From Mesotaenium endlicherianum (Eukaryota), in contig WELA01003378.1 in assembly GCA_009602735.1 (NCBI GenBank), positions 127,712 to 191,711 of the forward strand: a DNA stretch of 64,000 nt, in the 5' to 3' direction. This document shows, piece after piece, positions 24,373-35,602 of the stretch. A program made the translations under genes and the position numbers. The notes beneath the pieces are model-generated. The model ran no database searches. It had not been told where the DNA came from and was given only the letters and a program-made list of their open reading frames with translations. The stretch's first letter is position 1. Every line of letters begins with the position of its first letter.

Positions 24373-27040
24373 CTATCTATCAAGTTGCCTCCTGAACAAC
24401 TTAGATTCAGCCGAAGAAGGACTTGTAGGGAACTGCAACAAGTTATTAGCTCTCTCTTGCGCCGTTTGCGAATTGAGAAAGACAAAGATAGGGGTCCCGG
24501 AAGGGTGTTTCAAGACATTTACCAGGCGCGCATTGGCCAGGGGCACATTGCCCTGGTAAAAGGAACCTACTGATGCCTGTAATGAATCAGTATAATGGAT
24601 AGATATAATACTCATTTAGATATAATAATTAAATAAGTTCAATTTGTTGAACTTTAGTTAATATTTTGTCTATTGTATTTAAGCTTGCTGGATACTTAAT
24701 ACTTGGTTAAATGACTCAGCCGAGAACAGCAGGCTGAAGTCCAGAAGGTCAGCCTGTTGACTTGTGTCAGCTTGCGGACACATTCTTTGACAGTCAGCTG
24801 GCTGCCGTACTCGGCAGCAACGAACTGCCTAGCTATGCATCTAAGTATGGTGTGCTAGATGAGTAGCCGGATGACACCCTTAAGGTGGATGGCGATTCGG
24901 GATGATGGGAGATGGCTGTGGATTTGGTTAGCCGAGGTCATACCAACGTAGGAGTTGTAATAAATCAGTACATTGGATAGATATAACATTCATTTAGATA
25001 TGATAGTTAAATAAGTTCAGCCTGCTGAACTTTAGTTAATGTTTAGTCTGTTGTACTTAAGCCTGCTGGATACTTAATAATTGGTTAAATAGCTCAGCCG
25101 AGAATAGCAGGCTGAAGTTCATTAGGTCAGCCTGTTGACTTGCGTCAGCTTGCTGACACATTCTTTGACAGTCAGCTGGCTGCCGTACTCAGCAGCAGCG
25201 AACTGCCTAGCTATGCATCTAAGTGTGGTGTGCTAGATGAATGGCCAGATGACACCCTTAAGGTGGATGGCAATTCGGGATGATGGAAGATGGCTGTGCA
25301 TTTAGTTAGCCGAGGTCCTACCAACGTGGTTAACTCCCGGGTAGGCCGTGCCATCGCACTTGCCGTTGAACAGTATACTCATTCTATGTACATATGTTAG
25401 GTATTGGTCTTGAGTTCGGCATTCGAAAACGAGGCCAACTCTCTTGTACCTGTTACTGAGGGACATCTGAATCCAAGGCGAGAAGCCATTGATACGCACT
25501 GTCTTCTAATTTTGCTTATATATGAGTTTAACTGATTGCATTATTGATGCTCGTTGACTTGCATTCGACTTGCGAGTATTGTCCACCGCTAGTACGTTTG
25601 TCTTTTGCTGTGTAATCAGCTCACAGAAACTACCACAAAGATTACTCGTTGATATGAAGATCTTTGTTAATTGTTAATCGCCTATTGGTAAGTCGATTCA
25701 TTTCAGTGCCCCTCTGGCTACCTCCCTAGCAGCCCTCCTGTTGGCCCTGTCAGATAGAGACTCACCCCCTATTGCTGAGGTTTCACAGCTGCTACTTCTC
25801 AGGTAAGTGATGTCCTCCTTCTGAGCTGTTGTCTTCTTACCTGCCCCTTGTAACTGCCTCTCGAAGTGAAAGGCCCTTTTGGCCACAGATAGTCCAGCTT
25901 GCTGCAGTGTAATGGGCCTTACAAGAGGTCCGAACCTGGCAGGACCAGTCTCTATGTCTGCTTGTTGCTCCTCCTCGAACTCCTCCTAGTCCTCCAAAAG
26001 TGCTAGGGTCCTCTCCGCCATTCTGTCCAACTGCTCTCTGGTTAGAGAGTAGTGCACTGACCTTCCCCTCGTGGAAGTTGGTAGTGGTTGCTGGAACCCG
26101 ATTTTGCTACAGTCCATCTCCCCATGCCTGTTTGCCCATTTGACAAAAGTGTGTTTGCCCTTAGAGTAACAGTCCCAAGCTGTGCTCATGGCCACCTTCA
26201 TTTCAACACTCATACATGCCAAAAGTTCATTAAGTCTGGGGTTCCAGGGTGCAATGTGAGGCGACAAGATGATGCTGCCATCTACCCCCAAGTGGAAGTC
26301 ATCTTCTTTAGCACTGTCATTCTCTTTCATGATGCTTTATGATCATGGTCATCCAGCGCCAATCCGTAGGCTGTTGGAAGAAAGCAAAATCACTTCTCTT
26401 CAACTGGCAAGGGTACCAATGGGTTGAAAATAGCAACTGATTGGTCTTCCTAGCTAAGAATTCCTAAGTCCTTCTCTCTATCTCATATACAAAGGCTAAG
26501 ATTTATTTTCCAGTCTCGCATCCCTAAAGCTATCAGGTTGCATCCTAATCATCCTGATGACTCTTTGGAATCTTCCTATCCCAAGCACTGGAACTGCTAA
26601 GTCCTCAGAGGGGCTGGCCCTCTCTGGCCTCCGTGGCCGTATATCCCACCATCCCGACATAGTCCTCGTACACGACGAGAATAGTAATGATCTCAACATA
26701 TTTGTCCAGGGCTTCCTCCCCCTGACTCTGTAGGATCTCCTTCTGGGATGTCCTTCTGATCTCCTGGGAAAACTTAAATGCCTCATTTGAGACATCAAAG
26801 CTCTTGCCCACTAATGTATACCGGGTTGCTCTCTCACCATCTTCGCTGTTCCTCTTCTAACTTCTGTTACCTCTCCATCTCAGCCATCCTGTCCTCCTCA
26901 GCCTTTTAGAGTTTCTCTTCTTCTGCTTGTCTATCCTCCTCAGCTATTCTGAGCCTCTCTTCCTTAAGTCTCTCCTCTTCTTCCTGTTTCCTCTGAGCTA
27001 CCGTCGTTGACGTGGACGCTTTGCCTCACGTCTAGGGATC
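24373..27040 (-). pseudogene. Family A accessory ORF, diverged and decayed copy, split by a solo LTR at 24578-25705
   Basis: Peptides GKSFDVSNEAFKFSQ, HWYPCQLKRSDFAFFQQPTDWRWMT, ILSPHIAPWNPRL, SDRANRRAAREVARG and VLKHPSGTPIFV match 61744-63411. Confidence 0.85.
24578..25705 (+). mobile_element. Solo LTR family A with duplicated 5' part (partial copy 24578 to about 24949, full copy 24956-25705)
   Basis: Two TGTAAT starts, ends TCATTTCA. Flanked by ATGCC and GTGCC (4/5 TSD match). The host ORF reads through when the block is removed. Confidence 0.88.
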
Positions 27041-27068
27041 TGTTACAATTCCTACTTTACGAGAATGT

Positions 27069-30000
27069 TGTTGTTTCTTCAAAATGTTCTAATTTTTGAA
27101 AATCTTTTCCTCGGTAGTCAAGGAACATTTCATAATAGCTGAAAGAAAATATCTACAATCCGTAATCTTCGCTAAGTCCTTAAGAGCGAGAAAAAAGAGA
27201 AAAAGGGGAACTGTAGAATTAGTGCTTGTGAGAGTTGCACTCACAATGACTCTTGCAGGCATTTATACCTGTTCAACGTGAGGCAGTTGAGTGCTTTGAG
27301 TCACCACCTAGGGCACCGATCATGTCAAAGAAAACGGTCAAATGGATGTGACCCTTTTGACCGAATGCCCAAAATCATGCCGTGTGGCAGTTTCGAGACT
27401 TTCAACAAATCGCGACAAATTGTAACGAATCGTTTCGCGCCGAATCGGCGTAGTCGCGTCCTTTGAATAGACGTGATTCTTCGTAGTCACATCTAAGCTT
27501 CTTTCAAAGTAGACATGACTAATCGCGGTCAGGTCTTCGATGTTTTTCGATAGACGTGACCGTTTGTCGTGCGCACATGCTTTTGTCATGACCAAATAGT
27601 TGTAATTACTACTTTGCCAATCGGTCAGGTGTGATCGTCTCCAAACGAAGGGTCACGGGTTTGAATCCGCATGGGTGCATAGTAACTTAGCATAATCATT
27701 TCATTTGAGTTTTACAACTTCGTTCAGTTTAGCGACTCGTCGTGAATCCGAAATCAGTGGCTGTGCACTATCCGAAATGATGATAATCAATCATAAACTA
27801 ATCAATCCGTAATTGTTTAGGTTATCATCTCATAATAGTTTAAAGTAACTTGATGAAACCTTGTGTCGTACCATTGCAAAGTAGTCGAATTACTGTACGA
27901 CGCTTTTTGCAATAGCATCTTGATTGTTTTTCTAATCGACCAGGGATTAGTCGGCACACACTTGTGGCGAACAATTCATCAAGATGCAATCATTAATCAA
28001 ATAATATATTGATAAAAAGCGTAACGTATTTTAGGTAATTGGGAAAACGTCCCAAATACGCCTAAAATAGCTCAGACCCTAACACTCCTCCCCCTTAAAA
28101 CAACTTAACGTCCTCGTTAAGCTTCGTCTTTTAAGTCTAGTGTGTCAATAATGACCGTAATGAGCGGAAAACACCGGTGAGCGAGTGGACTTTGCGTCAT
28201 CACAGGGTCGGAAAAGAGCGACTACTTGGCCGCGTCTTTTTTGCGTTTGTTCTTTGGTGTACGAAGAGCGCGTGGTAGCACACTTGCCTTAGCGCAGAGC
28301 CTTTGAGCGTTAGCTCATCGTAACCAATACTATTGAACAAGTTCCTTACAATTAAGAACGATTTCATCCTAAGGTTCATACGAGTTCCAACTGGAATTAG
28401 AACCAAGCGATTTGATCAGAAGCTCCACTTGTGGAGACTTATGACGGGTGTAGCGGTGTCCTAAGACTTCCTCTACATCCCAAGCCTTATTATCATCGGC
28501 GAGTTCCAAATCAGGTGCCTGTGGTTGATAGCGGCCATTGATTGAAATAGCTAAAGGAAACTGACATGGAACATAGGATGCGTTCGCCCCATGGATTTAG
28601 GCAAATCCAGTCGGTATGCAACAGGTCCAACCTTTGCAATAACGATATAAGGGCCTACCCAAGAGGCAAAAGATTTCGCTGTCCTGGGTGCTTGAGTTGG
28701 AGATTGTTAGTTTGCAAAAGTATCTTATTGTCAACCTCTAAACTCAACTCGGTACTGTGCGTAAGAGCAAACTTCTTCGCCGATCTTGAGCAGTGGCTAG
28801 AGCCAACTTCGCTTGTTTGTGCACCTCCTAAAGAGAGTGGACAAAGAGGCGAGCACTTGGTACTCTCATGATTGACATCCCCATCTCACCGGGTATCGTA
28901 CGCATGAGAGGAGTGTGCGGATGTCGTCCATAGTCAAGGAAGAACGATGTGTCCTTAATACTCTCCTGATAAGCATTATTCACTGCGAACTCTGCAACTG
29001 AAAGGAGGGTGTCCCAGTTGTCTTGGCGAGGATTCACATAATGCCTAAGGAACTGTTGCAGAACGCGATTCAACCGTTCTGTCTGACCATCGATCTGAGG
29101 ATGGAAGCTAGTTGACATGTTAAGTGTTGTACCAAAATGCAAGCAAACTCCTTGCCAGAAGTGGCTTGTAAATCGTGAGTCGCAATCACTTATGATCTCT
29201 TTCGACATGCCGTATAACTTGAACACGTGATCAATGAAGAGACGCGCGGTCTTCCTTGCATCAAGTGATGGTTTAGTGGCCACAAAGTGCACCATCTTAG
29301 TGAAACAATTCACGATCCTTAACACCCCATTGTGTCCTGTGTCAGTGGTAGGAAATTTACGGCAAAGTCAAGGCTTATGCTTTCCTAAGGAGCACCTCCA
29401 AGTTCCAATCGTTGCAACTTCCCAGCGGGCAACATATTGCTCGGCTTATTCCTCTGACATGTTGCGCAGTTGACAATGTACTCGGCAAAATCAGCCTTGA
29501 GGGACGGCCAAATATACCCTTGGCGCAAAGCGTGTGTAGTTTTGGTAATTCCATGGTGACCAGAGTAAGGAGAGTCATGCGCTTCTCGTAGTTGCACACG
29601 TCTTACTCGGCCGTCTGCGACAGCCTTGCGCCCATTGTGCCACCAAAAACCGTCCTTAAACGAATAGTTTGAGTGTCCTTTCCTTTTGTCGATACTGTCC
29701 ATCGTTACGACTACACCGTTCAAGCCAGTACCCTGGAGATCTAGGAAACAAGGATTTTTGAGATAGCCCTCTTGAAACAATTGATGCAGATTAAGTGATT
29801 CTGAGGTATGCACCCTATCCAAATTGGGTTCGCCCGCGTCACCAGCCTGGGGTCGTTCAGACGTCTGGGGGGGTACAGCAGAAAAGGGTGGACGCCCTCG
29901 AAACCTAACCATTTTGTTCTTGCAAGCCCGCAACAGTCCCCAGCAGCAAGCTACCCTGAGGAATTCGACTCAGAGGGTCAGCAACATTGCTGCAACCTGG

Positions 30001-33000
30001 GCAATACGCCCACTTAAAGTGGAAACGTTGCAAGAACTTGGACCATCTCGTCTATCTCCTTGACATTGTTGGCTGTATTTGAAAGAAGGTATTTGGGCAG
30101 TGATCCGCAAGCACTGTCAAACCTTTGCAGCCTTCCAAATAATATCGTCAAATCTTCAAAGCGTACATCACTACCCAGAGCTCCTACCTTGTCGCTGAAT
30201 AATTTTGTTCGGCAGGCGTCAGCTTTCGACTCTCAAAACAGATAGGCTTGCCCGCCTATAGCAAAACAACTCCTATTCCAACACCGGACACATAAACGAC
30301 TACCTTGTAAGGTTAATTGGGATTGGCCAATGAAAGAACTGGCGCATTCGTGAGTGCATACTTAATGTGCTCAAACGCATGTTGCATATTCTCATTCCAA
30401 ATGAACGTCGTATCTTTCCTTGTCAGAGCAGTGAGTGGTCCAAATGAACGTCGTATCTTTCCTTGTCAAAGGAGTGAATGGCGTCGCCATCACTGAATAA
30501 CCTTGTATAAACGTACGAAAGTAGTTAGCAAACTCAAGGAAGGACTGTATTGTGTGTACATTGATTGGGACAGGCCAGACTGTAACACACGCAATCTTGG
30601 CAAGTTCAGGGCGCACCCCTTTCGAACCCACGTCATGCCCAAGGTACAACAGTTCATCCTTGAGGAAGGAACATTTTTTGAGCTTAGCAGAAAGCTGTTG
30701 CTCACGAAGGATCTGCAGCATCAACTCCAGGTGCATGTAATGCTCTTCCTTCATCTTTAAATAGACAAGGATATTGTCGAAGTAAACCTGGACAAATTTT
30801 CCCAAGTATGGCGTAAACAAATTGTTCATCGTGCTCTGAAATGTCGTTGGTGCATTGGTAAGTCCAAATCGAAGAACTTTGTATTGGAAGTGCCTAATAG
30901 GCGTCCAAAACACGGTCTTGGGGACATCCTCTGGTGTGATTCGAATCTGATGATAGCCCTGGGCTGGATCAAGCGAGGAGAACACGCATGCCCCCTGCAA
31001 CAAATCAAACAAATCATCAATATGAGGCAACGAGTAGCAATTCTTGACCGTTGTGTTGTTCAGCGCACGATAATCAATGCACATCTTGAGCGTCCCATCT
31101 TTCTTTGAACAATGAGAATGGGGGCCCCGAATGGACATGTGCTCGTCTCAATCCATCCTTTATCGAGAAAGTCAGTAATTTGGTCTTTCATCTCATTCAT
31201 TCCCAACGGGCTGAGGCGATAAATTGGTCGCCAAGTCGGTTGAGAATCGAGAATGAGATGTATCGTATGTCCAATACCCCTATCAGGTGGAAACCCGGCT
31301 GGTATTTCACTTGGGAATACTGACTTGTACTTCTGCTATAGTGCAACAAGTTCAGTCCTCAATGCTGCCACATGATGAGGGACGTCCAATATCGGCTCTT
31401 CCGTAAAGAGTGTAGTGGATGTCGCTAAGGAATCAGGTCGCAGTAATGCGTAGAAAACATGTTGACCTCTTTTCGCCAAACGCCGTGCTTGGACAATAAA
31501 AGAGTCTTTGTAGGACTGTTTATTTCCATATCAGGCTAAAGAGCATGAAGAGTAATCTTCCGATGCCCTTTTCAAACAATGCATGTCTTTTGACCGTAGT
31601 CAAGCAATGCACTTGTTTGTGTAAGCCAACTGTTATCCGAAATTGCATGTATACCCTCGGGCAATTCTGTGACGTAGAATTGATCCTGTCCAGAGTAAGA
31701 CTGCACCTTAAGCGGTAACTAAATTGTTCCTATAATGCAAGCCAGAGAGCCATTGTCACGGCGAAGCTGTTTGTCCTTCAGTATTGGAAGCAAGTTCATC
31801 CCTTGTGCAAAACGTGCACTAATGAAGCTGTTTGATGCTCTTGAATCAATGACTAAGCATGATAAGAAGCATGATAATCTTGAAACCTTTGTCTCAAACG
31901 TCATACTTAACCCCAAATAAGCATTATGCATCACTAGCAATGTCCTCGCCTCGAGAGGAATATGGAAAACATGGAGGTCCTCTGCCAAAATCCCATTATC
32001 TATTGCCGATCTCGCGCGAAACCGAGTGATCGGGTCAGAGTACGCGCGTCGATGTTAAATGCACCAATATAAATGGGTGCAAGACACTCGTGCATTTTTC
32101 GTAAGCAAGACAAGTGTTCGTAACACTGATCAAGGTTAGGATCATGCAGCTGGAAGTGAAAGAACGTGCAAGCATGGATGGACTCCAGGTTCAAGAAATC
32201 ATAAAAGTTCAACACTTGCATACAACAAATATAATATTTACGAAGTATACTTATGTCGGGTATGTTTATGAGAACAAGAATTTTTGGTGCATGCGAACAA
32301 GCATCGAGAATCTCCTGCTCACTAAATCGTGTTGTCAATAGCTCAGAATGAGGCTTTGCAGCTATCCGCTGAGCTAATCCTTAAAAGGCCCCTTGTCTTT
32401 TCCTTTGAGATTGTTCTTGGAATCATTTTTAGCAGGACACATCGAGATCGTATGCCCATGTTTCCCACGGCCAAAACACAGACCTTGTGCCATCATACAA
32501 TCACGCCCTCCTCTGTTATCTCTCTTGCTAATCTTCGGAGGGAGACCACCTGATCTGGAAGTGTTGCCCGCGCCATAAGAAGATCTCCTCTTTGGAGCAA
32601 CTGGACTAGAACTAGGAAAAGAGGGCTGAGGACGTGTGGAATGAACAGGCTGTCACTTAGGCTAAACGATCGTTTCCTACTCTGCTAAAGTCTCACAATA
32701 ACGAATGAAATTTGCTATAGTGGTCCACTCTAAGCCTGTAACAGGATTAGCATTGAGACGAGTAGCGTATTCTGGTTGGAGGCCCAGGCAAAGAACAAGT
32801 GTATCTGCACACCCGCGTCGATTGGAACATCTACAATCTGTCCCATCAAAATGCAAAACTTGTTCACATAGGTCTCGATGGTGCTGGTCTGCTTAAGGAG
32901 GAGTAGCTTATCGCGAGCGGCCTTAGAAGGGTTGTGACGCCCAAAGGAATTTTGCAACTCTGTAGAGACCTCCTCAAAAGTCATCGGGCCCCTATCCTGC

Positions 33001-34795
33001 CCATGCCATAAGTGGGAGGCATCCCCCTTGAGAAATGTGGAAGCCATCATAGCCTGGTCGGCGGGGGCTACTTTTGCTAACACAAAGAACGTCTTGAGTT
33101 CCTTGAGAAAACGCCGAACGTCACTGCCAGGGCCGCCTTGAAGCTTTTCTTGCGGCGAGGGTTTGTATGACAGTGTTGGTGCAACGGCCTGCCCAGGAAT
33201 GGCGGGCGGGAGCAGGGGCGCTTAACGTCGTCGCCTGCCGTCCTTGACGGGCCCGGCATTCCTCGGGCAGCCTGTAAAAGGGACCAATAGAAGGGTGAGA
33301 TTCCATTGCCGTAACAAATTGATTGACAATGTCGTATAACATAGCATGGTTGGCTTCACTCAATTGGACGCGGGTCTCTGTGTGATCGAGGACATCCGAG
33401 AGATTTACAAGAATAACGTTCAGATCATAGGTTTCATTCGTCAAGGCCTCAAAGCGCGCTTGAAACTCTTGAGGCGCATGGGGATCGGCTGGTTAATTCC
33501 CGCCGCCGGTTGATAATGGGTTGGCCGAGTTGATGATTAGAGCCGCTTGGTCGCTTGTGTTGTCGGTAGCAGCAGCAGGTGTAGCGGCTGCCGCAGCGAT
33601 GGCAGCGGCCTCGGCGATGGTGTCGGTCTTCACGAGAAAGCCGACAGAGCGCCGGTAGACCGATATCCAATTTCCCATTGTGCGTGCACAACGAAAAATC
33701 CTCTATATTTTGTAAAAATATATTCTGACCACTTTTTTTAAAAAAAATCCTTGGAGAAGTCGAGATCGGCTCCGATACCAATGTAACATTTCTTCAAACC
33801 GTTCTAGAATTTCTGAGAATCTTTTCCTCGATATTCAAGGAATATTTCATAACAGCGGAAAAAAAATATCTACAACTCGTAATCTTCGCTAAGTCCTTGA
33901 GAGCGAAAAAAGAGAGAGAAAGGGGAACTATAGAATTAGTGCTTGCGAAAGTTGCACTCACAATGACTCTCGCAGGCATTTATACCTGTTCAACGTGAGG
34001 CACTTGAGTGCTTTGAGTCACCACCTATGGCACTGGTCATGTCAAAGAAAACGGTCAAATGGATGTGACCCTTTTGACCGAATGCCCGAAATCATGCCGT
34101 GTAGCAGTTTCCAGACTTTCGACAAATCACGACGAATCGAACAAATCGTTTTGCGCCGAATTGGCATAATCGCGTCCTTTGAATAGACGTGATTGTTCGT
34201 TGTCACATCTAAGCTTCTTTTTCGAAGTAGACGTGACTAATCGCGGTCAAGTCTTCGATGTTTTTTGATAGACGTGACCGTTCATCGTGCGCACATGCTT
34301 TTGTCATGACCAAGTAGTTATAATAACTACTTCGCCAATCGATTAGGTGTGATCGTCTCCAACGAAAGGTCGCGTGTTCAAATCCGCATGGATGCGAAGT
34401 AACTTTGCATAATCGTTTCGTTTGAGTTTTACATTTTCGTTCAATTTAACGACTCGTCGTTAATCCGAAATCAGTGAGTGTGCAATATCCAAAATAATGA
34501 CAATCAATCATAAACTAATCAATCCGTAATTGATTAGGTTATCATCTCATAATTGTTCAAAGTAAATTTATGAACAATGATGTCGTACTATTGCGTAGTA
34601 GTCGAATTACTTTACGACGCTTTTTGCAATAGCATCTAGGTCGTTTCGCTAATCAACCAGGGATGAGTCGGCACACACGTGTGGCAAATAATTCATCAAG
34701 ATGCAATCATTTATCAATAATATATTGATAAACAGCGTAACGTATTTTAGGTAGTTGGGAATACGTCCCAAATACGCCTACCTCAGATCCTTACA
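27069..34795 (-). mobile_element. Full-length decayed Ty3/gypsy chromovirus C1: 5' LTR 33782-34795, PBS 33769-33780, gag/pol about 33620-28200, PPT 28085-28096, 3' LTR 27069-28084
   Basis: Paired LTRs of about 1015 bp; TSD AATGT at 27064-27068 and 34796-34800; PBS TGGTATCGGAGC. Degenerate zinc knuckle near 32450, protease LVIDSRAS, RT (MCIDYRALN, YFDNIL), integrase (HDSPYSGH, FHPQIDGQTERLN) and a chromodomain remnant. Many stops and frameshifts. Confidence 0.93.
27609..27684 (+). ncRNA. tRNA-like (Trp-like) A-box/B-box segment within LTR-C; also at 34328-34401 and 49512-49584
   Basis: GCCAATCGGTCAGGT (D-arm-like), CTCCAAA loop, and a B box (perfect GGTTCGAATCC at 49559-49569) at tRNA-like spacing. 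No canonical acceptor stem, so this is not a functional tRNA gene. Confidence 0.55.
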
Positions 34796-35423
34796 AATGT
34801 TTTCTAAGCTTTTCAGAAAGGGGTTGTGCAAAACTGCACAAAAATCCGGTGACGAGAAAAGGCTGCTCCCAGAGTTGCACTAAGATTGACTCTGCAAGTA
34901 CTTGTACTTGCCAATGCCAACCATCTGAGTGCGCTTGACAATCCTGTGATACCTATGTTAGGGGGTTGTGACGAGACAACTTTACGTGTTGAACGTGACA
35001 GCCCAATCGATCGACCTCTTCAGATGACATGTGAAAGGAGGCAAACCTCTTCTTGGGAGGTTTTGTTATGACTCTTGGCTTATGCCAGGAGCCTCATGGC
35101 TTTACGTAGAAGTCATAGTGCCTCTCGGTAATATAATATACATTTATATACTGCGCTAAGTATTCATGTATTATAATGGATAATACAATGTATAGAGCAA
35201 CGAGACGTATGTATATGTACACGTATATACATTCGTATGTATGTGCAATCATTATCTATACGCACTAATGCAAAGTATTGTCTGTATATATACACGTATG
35301 TATATAGTTCTACAAATTTCGCAATGCAATAATGCTACGGTTGCTTACATATATTTACACGTGTGTATATACTCATATATGCTACGCGATATTGCGAGGC
35401 CTTAAGCCATAAAATATATAAAC

Positions 35424-35424
<1 letters not shown>

Positions 35425-35459
<35 letters not shown>
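35425..35459. repeat. (TA)n microsatellite
   Basis: Directly visible. Confidence 0.95.
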
Positions 35460-35461
<2 letters not shown>

Positions 35462-35602
35462 CTGTACGCTGCTTGCATGCAATAATGTTTCCGTAACCTA
35501 ATATGTAGTAATACACAAATGTTTATTACTACAAGATACACACAAATGCAATCATGGAGCTATACCGTATACATGCATATACTTTACTACGCTCTTTTGT
35601 CA

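Larger units (their letters stand above)
27041..35602. mobile_element. Probable solo LTR (family D, distantly C-like): 27041-27068 plus 34801-35602, interrupted by element C1
   Basis: TGTTACA start and TGTCA end. Shares a GAGTTGCACT...GACTCT motif with LTR-C. The flanks are unrelated, so there is no TSD. Confidence 0.5.

Noticed and set aside
27609..27684. Functional tRNA-Trp gene
   Set aside because: No canonical acceptor stem and imperfect T and anticodon arms; reported only as tRNA-like.
30397..30468. Local direct duplication of about 29 bp in C1 pol
   Set aside because: Ordinary decay in a dead element.
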